From positions 1 through 59,004 of the forward strand of contig JACWAM010000118.1 in NCBI GenBank assembly GCA_014874265.1: a DNA stretch of 59,004 nucleotides, read 5' to 3'. Numbering within the stretch: the first letter of the stretch is position 1; every line of letters begins with the position of its first letter. The notes under the pieces were generated by a model. That model was given only the letters and a program-made list of their open reading frames with translations, was not told the DNA's origin and did no database searches. The position numbers and the translations under genes were made by a program. The stretch is from Thermoleophilia bacterium (GTDB lineage: Bacteria; Actinomycetota; Thermoleophilia; BMS3ABIN01). Positions 9,385-19,282 of this stretch are shown here, piece by piece.

Positions 9385-9675
9385 TTACTTTAACCTTTGG
9401 CTTCTAAAAATCCGGACGCGATTTAATATATCACCCGGTGTGGACGGACAATCTGTCTGTAGCAGGGATCTCTACAACACAAAAAGGCCTCAGGCACAAC
9501 TCTATAAGCGCCTTGGGGCCCCCTTATTTGATGATATCAGTTCGCAGGTCGCCCGTCGTCGAACTTCAGTTCGATCTTTTTCCGTAAAAAGGTAGTATTT
9601 TTTTCCCGGCGCCAGCTGAAAGCTTCCGGGCTTGCCGATCTTGTTTTTGCCTTCAGCTGGGTAGATATTATTATT

Positions 9676-10137
9676 GTGTTTGCCAGGCTGCTGATACTCT
9701 TCATAATCGTCCCTCTGCTTGAGCTGCTGGTGATCATCCAGATCGGTTCAAGGATCGGGTATTTTTATACAATTCTGCTGCTGGTGCTCATCAGCTTTTC
9801 CGGAGCGGCGCTCGCCAAGCGCGAGGGTTACCACGCGGTGTCCCAGATACAGTCCGAAGTCGCCGCGGGCCGCATGCCCACCGATTCACTCATCGACGGA
9901 GGCCTAATTTTAACGGCGGCGGCGCTTCTGATTACCCCGGGATATCTAACCGACGCCGCCGGCCTGGCACTCCTGACTCCTCCCGTCCGCCGGCTGGTGC
10001 AGATTTATGTTCGCCGGCGCCTAAAAAAAGCCGTTGCCGACCGGACCGTTCATTATTGGACAAGCGGCCCACCGCCTGACGCGAGCGGAGGAGCACCCCG
10101 CGAGCCGGAGCAACGGCGCAAAGAGATAGATCGCTAG
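9676..10137 (+). CDS. fxsA: FxsA family membrane protein
   Basis: LFIIVPLLEL..., LLITPGYLTD. Confidence 0.85.
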   Translation: MFARLLILFIIVPLLELLVIIQIGSRIGYFYTILLLVLISFSGAALAKREGYHAVSQIQSEVAAGRMPTDSLIDGGLILTAAALLITPGYLTDAAGLALLTPPVRRLVQIYVRRRLKKAVADRTVHYWTSGPPPDASGGAPREPEQRRKEIDR

Positions 10138-10141
10138 GTCA

Positions 10142-11629
10142 ATGAACCGCTTCCTGCTATACGTCATAGTCTTTACCGGTGGTATGACGACGATGGCCGT
10201 GGAGATGTCGGCGTCGCGGCTGCTTGGCCCTTACTTCGGGAATTCACTCTTTATCTGGGCGAATCTCATCGGCCTGATCCTGATTTATCTGACCGCCGGC
10301 TACTACCTGGGAGGCCGGGTCGCGGACCGGTGGCCGCAGCCGCGCCTGCTTTTTACCCTCACACTCTTTGCTTCGGTTGCTATTGCGATTGTGCCGTTTA
10401 TTGCGAAACCGATCATGAGCGTGGCCATCCGCGGCATTGATCAAGTAAACGCCGGCGCTTTTCTCGGCTCGTTTGGCGTCACGGTGCTTCTTTTTGTCGT
10501 CCCCGTCACTGTCCTGGGCATGGTGGCGCCATTCGCCATCCGGCTAAATATCACCAGCATTGAGACATCGGGAAACGTCTCCGGCAGTCTTTACGCCCTC
10601 TCGACGGTGGGAAGTATAATTGGCACATTCTTACCCGTTTTTCTGTTCATCCCCTGGATCGGCACCAGGGATACGATGCTGCTGTTTGCGGGGGCGCTGG
10701 CTGTGATCTCAGCAGCCGGCCTCAGACGTGGTTACCATGTGGCAGCGCCGATCCTGATATTTGCCGCCTTGCTGATACCCACGGGGGAGATTAAACCGAC
10801 GCCGGGAGCAATTTATGAGGGAGAATCGCCCTATCAATACGTTCAGGTGATCCAGAAAGACGGCACCCGCTACCTGCAGCTGAATGAAGGCTGGGCGGTT
10901 CACTCGGAGTATAACCCGAGCCAGCCGCTGACGGGAGGCTACTGGGATTACTTTCTGGTCGCGCCCTGGTTTGGATCGAGCCGGCCGCCGGGGGAAGTGT
11001 TAAATATCGGCAGCGCCGCCGGCACCATCTGCAAAGAGTTACTCGATGTATACCCCGCAGCCCATGTAGACGCTGTGGAACTCGATCCCGACGTCGTTGC
11101 GGTAGGGCGCAAATATTTTGGCATGAATGAAAAAAACCTGACAGTCTATATTGGCGACGGCCGGCCGTATATCAAGACCTGCCGGAAGAGTTATGACATG
11201 ATTGCCATTGACGCTTTCCGCCAGCCTTACATCCCTTTCTATCTGACGACGAGAGAATTCTTCCAGGAGGTCAATAATCATCTCAATCCTGGCGGCACAG
11301 TGATGATCAATGTGGGCACCGTTCCGGGCGATACGAAGCTGGCCGACGCCATCGCAGCCACCATGCGTGATGTCTATCCGTCTGTCTACTCATTCTCTGC
11401 CGGCGAGTTCAACCAGTTGATCGTGGCGACAAAAAACCCGTCCAGGGCCGGCCAGCTGGCCGCCAGAAAGAACGCCATGCCGGCCCCGGTGGCCTCGCTG
11501 GCGGATGACGCGCTGGCTCATCTATCGGTGGTGCGTCCTGGCGGCACCATACTCACCGACGACAAAGCGCCGGTGGAGTGGCTTACAGATCAGATGATTG
11601 TGCACTACGCTGAAAGCGGCAGCCCCTGA
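10142..11629 (+). CDS. Fused membrane domain / spermidine synthase-like SAM-dependent transferase
   Basis: About 7 N-terminal TM helices, ESPYQ, VELDP.V, DGR, DAF, LTTREFF, LTDDKAPVE. Confidence 0.85.
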   Translation: MNRFLLYVIVFTGGMTTMAVEMSASRLLGPYFGNSLFIWANLIGLILIYLTAGYYLGGRVADRWPQPRLLFTLTLFASVAIAIVPFIAKPIMSVAIRGIDQVNAGAFLGSFGVTVLLFVVPVTVLGMVAPFAIRLNITSIETSGNVSGSLYALSTVGSIIGTFLPVFLFIPWIGTRDTMLLFAGALAVISAAGLRRGYHVAAPILIFAALLIPTGEIKPTPGAIYEGESPYQYVQVIQKDGTRYLQLNEGWAVHSEYNPSQPLTGGYWDYFLVAPWFGSSRPPGEVLNIGSAAGTICKELLDVYPAAHVDAVELDPDVVAVGRKYFGMNEKNLTVYIGDGRPYIKTCRKSYDMIAIDAFRQPYIPFYLTTREFFQEVNNHLNPGGTVMINVGTVPGDTKLADAIAATMRDVYPSVYSFSAGEFNQLIVATKNPSRAGQLAARKNAMPAPVASLADDALAHLSVVRPGGTILTDDKAPVEWLTDQMIVHYAESGSP

Positions 11630-11727
11630 GCCGGCAAGAATTGAGGCCAAGCTGGCCGAATCTGATTGATACCATAAGGAAATCCGTTTTTCTGAGAGCC
11701 GCACCGCTGCTATAATTTTCTCAACAT

Positions 11728-11774
11728 GGTGATGAAGCTCACCCAAATGCGCCGGCGGCGCTGATGGCTTCTAC
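11728..11774 (+). promoter_or_regulatory. Fluoride riboswitch (crcB motif) #1
   Basis: GGTGATGAAGCTCACC-AAA...GCTGATGGCTTCTAC matches the fluoride aptamer. TATAAT at 11711; directly upstream of crcB. Confidence 0.92.
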
Positions 11775-11797
11775 AGATTTTCTGTAGGAGTTTTTTT
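11768..11797 (+). terminator. Riboswitch-controlled intrinsic terminator
   Basis: CTTCTACAGA-loop-TCTGTAGGAG followed by T7; the stem overlaps the aptamer 3' end. Confidence 0.85.
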
Positions 11798-11842
11798 ATG
11801 CCCGCATCCAGTTTGATGACTAGACGAAGTAGTTGATTTGAT

Positions 11843-12217
11843 ATGGAAAACATTCTGGTAATAGGGACTGGCGGCTTCTTCGGCGCCGTCAGCCGCTACG
11901 CCGTCGCCCTCTGGATCGGCGAGCGCTGGGGGCGCAGCTTCCCACTGGGAACGCTGGTGATCAATGTCAGCGGCAGCTTCCTCATCGGTCTGCTGATGTT
12001 CATTCTCAGCCAGAAGGTGCTGGTCAATCCCCTCTGGCGTTCGCTGCTGGTGATCGGCTTCCTGGGCGCCTACACCACTTTCTCCACCTTCGAGTACGAA
12101 ACAGGTAATCTGTTGACCGATGGCGAACTCCTCTACGCAATGGTAAATGTCGTGGCCAGCGTGCTGGTCGGTTTAATGGCGCTGAAGCTCGGCGAGCTGA
12201 TTGCGAAAATAATATAG
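11843..12217 (+). CDS. crcB: Fluoride efflux channel Fluc/CrcB
   Basis: GG.FGAV.RY, FPLGTL.IN..GSF, GFLGAYTTFSTF.YE. Confidence 0.97.
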   Translation: MENILVIGTGGFFGAVSRYAVALWIGERWGRSFPLGTLVINVSGSFLIGLLMFILSQKVLVNPLWRSLLVIGFLGAYTTFSTFEYETGNLLTDGELLYAMVNVVASVLVGLMALKLGELIAKII

Positions 12218-12224
12218 GAGCAAG

Positions 12225-12566
12225 GTGTTCACGGGTCCCGCGAAAAAACTGACAATTTATGTGGATGAAAGGGACAAATTTCATCATAAGCCGGTGTACG
12301 AGGCTGTGGTCGATATCCTTTACCAGAACCACATCATGGGACTGAGCGTCTTTAGAGGGATCGGCGGCTATGGCTCCAATGGCGTCCTGCACACTGCCAA
12401 GATCCTCGAACTTTCAACCGATCTGCCGGTAAAAGTGGAGGCAATCGATGCCGCGGACAAGATCTACGAAGTGCTGCCGGAGATCGCCGAGGTCGTCGAA
12501 AAGGGTCTCATTGAAGTTTCTGACACAAATGTAATCAAGTGCTGCCGTTCGAAAGAGGATACCTGA
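12225..12566 (+). CDS. DUF190 PII-like protein (CrcB-associated)
   Basis: LTIYVDE.D....PVYE, VFRGIGGYG, LSTDLPVKVE. Confidence 0.9.
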   Translation: MFTGPAKKLTIYVDERDKFHHKPVYEAVVDILYQNHIMGLSVFRGIGGYGSNGVLHTAKILELSTDLPVKVEAIDAADKIYEVLPEIAEVVEKGLIEVSDTNVIKCCRSKEDT

Positions 12567-12649
12567 CCGGGAGATAGAATCAAATTACAGCTGATCCCGG
12601 GCAGGGCTGTTTTGCCGGCCTGTTTTCAGGGAAAAAACCAATAAAAAGC

Positions 12650-12699
12650 GGCGATGAAGCTCGCCCTTAAGCGTCCTCACGGGGACTAATGGCTTCTAC
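12650..12699 (+). promoter_or_regulatory. Fluoride riboswitch (crcB motif) #2
   Basis: GGCGATGAAGCTCGCC-TTAA-GC-GTCC-TCACG-GGGAC-TAATGGCTTCTAC. Confidence 0.9.
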
Positions 12700-12728
12700 A
12701 GACCGGCAGATCTGTGGGAGCTATTTTT
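12692..12728 (+). terminator. Riboswitch terminator hairpin that also contains the RBS
   Basis: GCTTCTACAGA...TCTGTGGGAGC-TATTTTT lies directly before ATG 12729. Confidence 0.75.
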
Positions 12729-14492
12729 ATGGAAAAACTGGATACATACTCATCGACCAGACAGCGCCTTGAAGAGATTCTGGCCCACCTGGCGGGAAGC
12801 GTCAGGGAAGAATCTTCCCGTCAGGCACTGGCGGATGTCAGCAGCCAACTGGCTGACAACCGCTTTTCGCTGGTCGTGGCCGGGCAGTTCAAGCGGGGCA
12901 AGACTACCTTTATCAACGCACTTCTGGGCAGCAACCTGCTGCCGGTCGCCATCATTCCGGTGACCTCGATCATCACCGTCGTTGGTTATGGCGAAGAGCT
13001 GAAGATCGAGCTGTTTCTTAAAGACGGCTACCACCAGGACATTGACCGGGATCAGCTGCCGCAGTACATCACGGAAAAACAGAACCCGGACAACATGAAG
13101 CAGGTCGACCGGGTCGAGATCCTCTATCCGTCACCATATCTCAAAAATCATGTTCAGCTGATCGACACCCCCGGCGTCGCTTCCATCCACAGCCACAATA
13201 CGGAGACAACATACGGTTTCCTGCCCAAGGCCGACGCCGCGGTCTTCATGGTCAGCGTCGACCCGCCCCTGACCGAGGCCGAGCTCCACTTCCTCGCGGA
13301 CCTGAAGGAGTACGCCGCCCGCATCTTCTTTGTCCAGAACAAGATCGATACCGTGGATGAAAAGGACCGGGCCGAGTCGCTGGCCTTCACCCGCAGCGTC
13401 ATTGGGGAACGGCTGGGATTTGACAATGCCACGATCTATCCGCTTTCGGCAAAAAACGCTCTGGAGGGCAAGCTGTCGGGCGATCCGGAGATGGTTACCG
13501 GCAGCGGCCTGCCCGTGTTCGAGGAAATGCTGGACCGGTTCCTGATGAATGAAAAGGGCAGTGTAATCCTGGCTTCTGCCGCCGGCAAAACGCAGAACAT
13601 CATCGCTCAGGAGACCTTTTCATCACGCCTGATGCAACAATCGCTTCAGGAACCGCTAAGTAACCTGGAAGAAAAGATCGCCCTCTTCCAGGAGTCCCTC
13701 AAGGAAATCAGCCTGGAACGATCCGACAGCAAGCTTTTAGTCAGGCAGGAGGCCAACCGCCTGGTCAATGAAATTCTTCTGCCGGATCTGGAAGCGTTGA
13801 AGGAGCGGGAAACGCGGCAGCTTCAGACAGAGCTTGACATTATGGCAGAAACAGCAGGCGATCTGGGCAATCGCGATTTTGCCGAGGCGCTTGATGAACT
13901 GCTCAGGGAACGGGTCCATGACATCTTCAACCACTGGCGCCTCCACGAACAGGAGCAGCTTAACGGCAGCCTGGCCCGGATGCTCAGGCGGCTGGTGGAG
14001 CGGACCAACCGCATCATCGAGCGTCTGGCGGCGGTCTCTTCAGAGCTTTTCGGCACTGAGATGAGCGGCTTCACCGTCGACGAGTCCCTGGCGGGGGAAT
14101 CTTCTTTCAGCTTCAAGCTTGATGAGGATGTGAAGATCGCCCTGGAAAGCATGACGGAAGCAGCAGCGCTGATGCTGCCGAAGCGGCTGGCCCACCGCCG
14201 CATCCTGGGCGAGGCGCGGGAGCGCGCCGCCAAGCAGATCGACCGTCACTGCGGCCGGATGCGCCATGACCTCACCGGCAGGATTGAGGTGACGGTGGCG
14301 GATTTTAGCCGGCGGCTGGACGGCGCTGTCGACGCCGCCATCCGCGGCATCGACGAGGCGCTTATGGCAGGCCAAGAGGCACGCACGAAAAGCGCGGCCG
14401 AGCTGGAAAGCTTTGAAATCGAACTGGCCCGGCGGCTGAGCGCTCTGGAGGAGGCGTCGGCGGAAATCAGGCAGCTGGTGCGGGAACTTTAA
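12729..14492 (+). CDS. Bacterial dynamin-like GTPase
   Basis: G1 GQFKRGKTT, G2 P.T, G3 DTPG, G4 NKID, followed by a long helical stalk. Confidence 0.9.
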   Translation: MEKLDTYSSTRQRLEEILAHLAGSVREESSRQALADVSSQLADNRFSLVVAGQFKRGKTTFINALLGSNLLPVAIIPVTSIITVVGYGEELKIELFLKDGYHQDIDRDQLPQYITEKQNPDNMKQVDRVEILYPSPYLKNHVQLIDTPGVASIHSHNTETTYGFLPKADAAVFMVSVDPPLTEAELHFLADLKEYAARIFFVQNKIDTVDEKDRAESLAFTRSVIGERLGFDNATIYPLSAKNALEGKLSGDPEMVTGSGLPVFEEMLDRFLMNEKGSVILASAAGKTQNIIAQETFSSRLMQQSLQEPLSNLEEKIALFQESLKEISLERSDSKLLVRQEANRLVNEILLPDLEALKERETRQLQTELDIMAETAGDLGNRDFAEALDELLRERVHDIFNHWRLHEQEQLNGSLARMLRRLVERTNRIIERLAAVSSELFGTEMSGFTVDESLAGESSFSFKLDEDVKIALESMTEAAALMLPKRLAHRRILGEARERAAKQIDRHCGRMRHDLTGRIEVTVADFSRRLDGAVDAAIRGIDEALMAGQEARTKSAAELESFEIELARRLSALEEASAEIRQLVREL

Positions 14493-14546
14493 CGGCATCC
14501 CCATGCGGCTTTGACCCGCATGGCGGCAACGCCGGACAGGAGCCTT

Positions 14547-15497
14547 GTGGCAGACAGAATCGCATTTAACATGATACAGGTACTGGTTGTCATGGCGTTC
14601 GCGCCGCTGGCCTCCGGCGTGCTCTCCCGCCTCAAGGAATTGGTTCAGTCCAAACGCGGTCCGAGCATTTTTCAGCCCTATCGCGATCTGTGGAAACTAT
14701 TTCACAAGGATGAGATTGTTTCCGAAGACAGTTCCTGGATCTTCCTGTTTACGCCTTACATGATTTTTATCACACCCATTTTCGTGACGCTGCTGATCCC
14801 GGTGCTGACTAATTATCCGCTCTTCTTTGCTTTCATGGGCGACATGATCGGCGGCGGGTTCGTACTGGCACTGGGCGGATTCTTCGCCACCCTGGCAGCG
14901 ATTGACACAGCCAATCCCTACGGCCCCATGGGCGCCAGCCGCACGCGGATGGTGGGCTTCCTGGCCGAGCCGGTGTTCATGATCGTTTTCTTCACCGTCT
15001 CATTTGTCGCCGGCTCCACCATTCCCTATATCGTCCAGGAAAAATGGGTGACCCCGGTGGCGAATTTCTTCATGCCGTCGCACGTGCTGCTGATGCTGGC
15101 ATTCCTGATGCTGATCCTGGCCGAAGGCGGCCGCATCCCGGTGGATAATCCCACCGGCCATTTTGAGTTGGCGATGATTGACGAATCTAAATCGCTCGAA
15201 TACTCAGGCCGGGGGTTCGCGCTGGTGAAGTGGGGCGGCTTCATGAAAATGTTCGTGCTGATGTCCATCTTCCTCAACGTCCTCGTGACACCCTGGGGGC
15301 TGGCTGCTGAAGTGTCGGCCGGCGACATTCTGTTGTCCATTCCGCAAGTGCTGCTGAAGATCTTCATCTTTTTGTTACTTCTGGTTGTCATCGAGTCTTC
15401 GCTCTCCAAGCTGCGGCTGTTTCGCATCAGCGAATTTCTGGGAGCCGCGTTCATTATCTGCGTAGCGGCGATGATCGCGCAGGTTTTTACATATTGA
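14547..15497 (+). CDS. hyfC: Ehr/hydrogenase-4 membrane subunit (HyfC/NuoH-like)
   Basis: AGGAG RBS and GTG start. GPSIFQPYRDLWKLFHK, GASR, RIPVDNP.GHFELAMI.E. Confidence 0.9.
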   Translation: MADRIAFNMIQVLVVMAFAPLASGVLSRLKELVQSKRGPSIFQPYRDLWKLFHKDEIVSEDSSWIFLFTPYMIFITPIFVTLLIPVLTNYPLFFAFMGDMIGGGFVLALGGFFATLAAIDTANPYGPMGASRTRMVGFLAEPVFMIVFFTVSFVAGSTIPYIVQEKWVTPVANFFMPSHVLLMLAFLMLILAEGGRIPVDNPTGHFELAMIDESKSLEYSGRGFALVKWGGFMKMFVLMSIFLNVLVTPWGLAAEVSAGDILLSIPQVLLKIFIFLLLLVVIESSLSKLRLFRISEFLGAAFIICVAAMIAQVFTY

Positions 15498-15515
15498 CCG
15501 ATTATTAATGGAACC

Positions 15516-16220
15516 ATGAACTCGACCAATCAGCTACTGGATAACCTCAATGCCCTGGCAGCAGCGTTGTTTCTGCTGACTGCTTTTGGCATGGTGGCGA
15601 TGCGCCAGGCGCGGGGCGTTCTCAACCTGTTCATCGCTCAGTCCCTGCTGCTGTCCGCCTCCGCTCTGTTTTTGGGTCTGCGTTTCCACTCGGACCATCT
15701 TTACGGCGTTGCTCTGGTGGATATCATCATCAAGCCGGTAATCATTCCCTGGCTGCTGAGGCGGACAGCGCCGGCAGAGATCTATACGCGCCGGGAGGTC
15801 AACCAGGCGCTGAATATCCCCACCGCCTTGCTGGCCGCGCTGGCGCTGGCAATCCTCGCCTACTTTCTGGCACAGCCCATTCTTGGCGCAGTGGCGCCTC
15901 AGTTCCGCAACCCCAACGTTCCGATCGGCATCGCTGGTTTGCTGCTGGGGGCATTCACGATCACGGTCCGGCGAGAAGCCGTGCCGCTGCTGGTTGGCCT
16001 CCTGGCCATGGAAAACGGCGCCTTCCTGGCGGGCATCGCCATCGCCCGCGACCTGCCGCTGATCGTCGAACTGGCCGTGGCCTCGGATGGTCTTATTGTC
16101 GTCTTCATCATGGGGGTACTCACCCGTGCCGTCTATCGGCAGATTGGTTCGACGGCGGTCGGCGAGCTGGCGAGCCTGAAAGAGGCTCCGGAAACGGCGG
16201 GAGAGGAGAGGACCGCATGA
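15516..16220 (+). CDS. hyfE: Ehr/hydrogenase-4 membrane subunit (HyfE-like)
   Basis: QSLLL, IK..IIP.LL, GLLAMENG, C-terminal LASLKE. Confidence 0.9.
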   Translation: MNSTNQLLDNLNALAAALFLLTAFGMVAMRQARGVLNLFIAQSLLLSASALFLGLRFHSDHLYGVALVDIIIKPVIIPWLLRRTAPAEIYTRREVNQALNIPTALLAALALAILAYFLAQPILGAVAPQFRNPNVPIGIAGLLLGAFTITVRREAVPLLVGLLAMENGAFLAGIAIARDLPLIVELAVASDGLIVVFIMGVLTRAVYRQIGSTAVGELASLKEAPETAGEERTA

Positions 16221-17710
16221 GCGTCGTCCTCCTTCTGCTGCTCCCCGTGATTGCCGCGGCCCTGGTGTTGCTTCCCTTCAGGAAATTATGGGCGCCAGCC
16301 GTAACCATTGCTTCCTCGCTGGTGATCCTGGTCCTGGCAGCGCGGATCGCCTGGCAGGCTTCACAAGGGGAATCCGTGACCTCGGTTCTGGGAACCGGCT
16401 TTTTCAAATGGATTAATGTAGACAGCCTCAGCGCTCTGATCCTGCTGCTCATCGCCTTTGTCAGCACCACGGCGGCCATTTACTCCGCCGGTTATATGGC
16501 GCATGGAGATTACTCATCCTGGAGGCTGCGCATCTACTATGTCAACTTCAACGCGTTCGTCTTCTCCATGCTTGCCATTCCCGTTCTTTCCGAACCGACG
16601 CTGGTCTGGATCGCCGTCGCCCTGACAACCCTGACGTCGGCGCTGATCGTCTCTTTTGAAAACACACGCGACGCGCTGGAAGCGGCATGGAAGTACGTGG
16701 TGCTGTCACTCATGGGAGCCGGCATGGCGCTATTCGGTTTCCTGCTGCTGTTCGCCGCCTTTGAGGCCTCCGGCAGCACGGCGGCGTTTACCTGGAATGA
16801 TCTGGGCAACGCCGCGCCCGGGATGCCGCCGGTCCTGCTCATGACCGCTTTCCTTTTCATCCTCATTGGCCTTGGCACTAAAACCGGTCTGGTGCCGATG
16901 CACGCGTGGCTGCCGGATGCTCACAGCCAGGCGCCCTCGCCGGTCTGCGCCCTGCTTTCCGGGATCGAGACGTCGGTCATCCTTTACGTGATCATGCGCC
17001 TGTTTCCAATCATGCGGGCGGTGCCGGGGTCCCATGCCGCGACATGGGCAATCGTGCTGGGCCTGATATCTGTGGGTACCGCCGCGTTCCTGCTCTTGCA
17101 GGTAAACGATTACAAGCGCATGTTTGCCTTTTCCACGGTGGAGCACATGGGCATCATCCTGACGGCGATCGGGCTGGGCGCCAGTAACGCCAATTACGGG
17201 GCGCTTGAGCAGGTCGTCAGCCACAGCGTCACCAAGTCATTTTGCTTTTTTGCCGCCGGCGCCGTTTTGCTGGCGGTGGAAACGCGGCAGATCGCCTCGG
17301 TGCGCGGGCTCATCCGCCGCTCGCCCGCGGCCGGGGCGGCCCTCGTTTTTGGCGGCCTGGCCATAGCCGGAGCGCCGCCCCTGGCCGTCTTCCTCAGCGA
17401 ATTCTCCATCATGAAGGCCGGCCTGGCAGAGGGCAGCTACGCAGTCATCGGCCTGCTTTCGTTTTTTATCCTGATCGCGTTTTTTGGCGTCATGATGCAG
17501 ATCAACCGGATGGTCTTCAGCGCCGGGAATACTGAATCAGCGGGCGTGGCTTCGGGAGTTTCTTCCCGCCCTGGCAAGAAATTTCATCTGCCCTTTAGCT
17601 GCCGGCTGGCGCTTGCCATTTCCGGCGCACCTGTCATTTTACTTGGCTTTTATATTCCCCCGCCCATGCAGGACCTGCTGGCTCACGCGACCGCTATTTT
17701 GACAAAATGA
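16217..17710 (+). CDS. hyfF: Ehr/hydrogenase-4 antiporter-like subunit (HyfF-like)
   Basis: LEAAWKY, GTKTGLVPMHAWLPDAHSQAPSPV.ALLSG, KRMFAFSTVEHMG. Confidence 0.9.
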   Translation: MSVVLLLLLPVIAAALVLLPFRKLWAPAVTIASSLVILVLAARIAWQASQGESVTSVLGTGFFKWINVDSLSALILLLIAFVSTTAAIYSAGYMAHGDYSSWRLRIYYVNFNAFVFSMLAIPVLSEPTLVWIAVALTTLTSALIVSFENTRDALEAAWKYVVLSLMGAGMALFGFLLLFAAFEASGSTAAFTWNDLGNAAPGMPPVLLMTAFLFILIGLGTKTGLVPMHAWLPDAHSQAPSPVCALLSGIETSVILYVIMRLFPIMRAVPGSHAATWAIVLGLISVGTAAFLLLQVNDYKRMFAFSTVEHMGIILTAIGLGASNANYGALEQVVSHSVTKSFCFFAAGAVLLAVETRQIASVRGLIRRSPAAGAALVFGGLAIAGAPPLAVFLSEFSIMKAGLAEGSYAVIGLLSFFILIAFFGVMMQINRMVFSAGNTESAGVASGVSSRPGKKFHLPFSCRLALAISGAPVILLGFYIPPPMQDLLAHATAILTK

Positions 17711-19278
17711 TCAATTTAACCGATCAGATTGAAGAACGCTGGGGAGGCAAGGCCCAGGCGGGTTTTAACGTTATCAATTCCGCCTGGGAAGTAACCTGCT
17801 CTCAAACGGCGCTGGTGGAGATATGCGAATGGATTTTTGCTGATCTCGATTTTAGTTTTGCCACTCTGGTTGTCGAGGAAGAAGCGGATGAGTGGCGCCT
17901 GCGTTACATCTTTTATGGGGGGAGTAACGGTTGGGTCCACGTGCTGGCCAGCTCGCCTCGTTCAGAACAGACCTTTCCCAGTATCGTCGGTCCCGTGCAC
18001 GCCGCCGACTGGCATGAGCGTGAAGCCGAGGACATGTTCGGCCTCAACTTTGAGGGCCATCCTCGCCTGGGAGATTTTATCCTCCACGATGACGCCTGGC
18101 AGGAGGGCGTCGAGCCGATGCGCCATCAGTTTGACCCGCAGATGGCACTGCTTTACCGCAAGCCGGTTGAGGACTGGCGGCCACGGCGCATCGTCCAGGA
18201 GCCCGGCGCCTTTATCATGCCCGTCGGACCAAAATATTCCGGAGTCGCCGAGTCGGCTCAGTTCCTGCTCGAGACCGTCGGCGAAGACGTCATTCGGTTC
18301 TCGCCGCGGCTGTATTACAAGTGGCGCGCGGTAGAGAAGCTTGCTGAGGGAAAGACAGCAGATGAAGTCCTGCTGCTTGCCGAGCGCTTTGCGGCCACGA
18401 CGGCGTTTGCCCATGGCCTCGCCTTCTGCCAGGCAGTCGAGAAAATCTGCGGCGCAAAGGTCCCGCAACGGGCCAGGGCGCTGCGCGTGTTTTTGGCGGA
18501 GCTGGAGCGGCTGCGGCAGCACACCGGCCAGGTTCAGGCGATCTGCGAATCGACGGCGCTGGTGGTCGCGGACAGCCAGAGCGGCATCCTGGAGGAAGAC
18601 CTGCTCCGCATCAGTGGCGAGCTGGCCGGCCACCGTTACCTCTTCGGCCTGCTGGCGCCGGGCGGTCTGACTACCGACCTTTCGGATCAGGCATGTCAGC
18701 ATGCGCTTGAGCGTTCGCGAGAGGCGCTGGCCGGCCTGGATGAGCTGGAAACGCAGCTGCGCGTCTCCAGCAGCTTTCTTGACCGCCTGGAAGAGGTTGG
18801 TTTCGTGCCGACCGGCACCGCCCTGGATTATGGCCTTCTAGGGCCGGTGGCGCGCGCGGCCGCGGTCACCGACGACCTGCGCCGCAAGCAGCCCTACCTG
18901 GGATATGACCTGTTTCAGTTCGAGGTGCCCAGCGAGCGGGAGGGCGACGGTTACGCGCGGCTGCGGGTGCTGTTCTCAGAATGCCGGCAATCCGTGCTTA
19001 TCATGGGACAGGCGCTGGCAGCGCTCGCGGAGGGCAGGGTGCGCGAACCGGTCCGGTTTCATGCAGGCGCCGCGCTGGGTTATGTAGAGGCGCCGCGCGG
19101 CGGCGCTTTCCACTGGGTGCGACTGGACGAAGGGGGAAGGGTGCTTCGCTACCATATCACTTCGCCTTCTTTTGTCAACTGGCACGGTTTTCACCTCGCC
19201 GTGGAAAATTTTGCGTTTCAGGACTTTCCCATCATGCTCGCTTCTTTCTACCTTTCCGTCGCGGAGAATGACAGGTGA
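17707..19278 (+). CDS. hyfG: Ehr large subunit (NuoC+NuoD/HyfG-like) lacking NiFe-binding cysteines
   Basis: WHERE..DMFG..FEGHP, ELERL, EAPRG. The L1 site reads ERFAATTAFAH and the L2 site SFYLSVAENDR. Confidence 0.88.
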   Translation: MINLTDQIEERWGGKAQAGFNVINSAWEVTCSQTALVEICEWIFADLDFSFATLVVEEEADEWRLRYIFYGGSNGWVHVLASSPRSEQTFPSIVGPVHAADWHEREAEDMFGLNFEGHPRLGDFILHDDAWQEGVEPMRHQFDPQMALLYRKPVEDWRPRRIVQEPGAFIMPVGPKYSGVAESAQFLLETVGEDVIRFSPRLYYKWRAVEKLAEGKTADEVLLLAERFAATTAFAHGLAFCQAVEKICGAKVPQRARALRVFLAELERLRQHTGQVQAICESTALVVADSQSGILEEDLLRISGELAGHRYLFGLLAPGGLTTDLSDQACQHALERSREALAGLDELETQLRVSSSFLDRLEEVGFVPTGTALDYGLLGPVARAAAVTDDLRRKQPYLGYDLFQFEVPSEREGDGYARLRVLFSECRQSVLIMGQALAALAEGRVREPVRFHAGAALGYVEAPRGGAFHWVRLDEGGRVLRYHITSPSFVNWHGFHLAVENFAFQDFPIMLASFYLSVAENDR

Positions 19279-19282
19279 CCGC

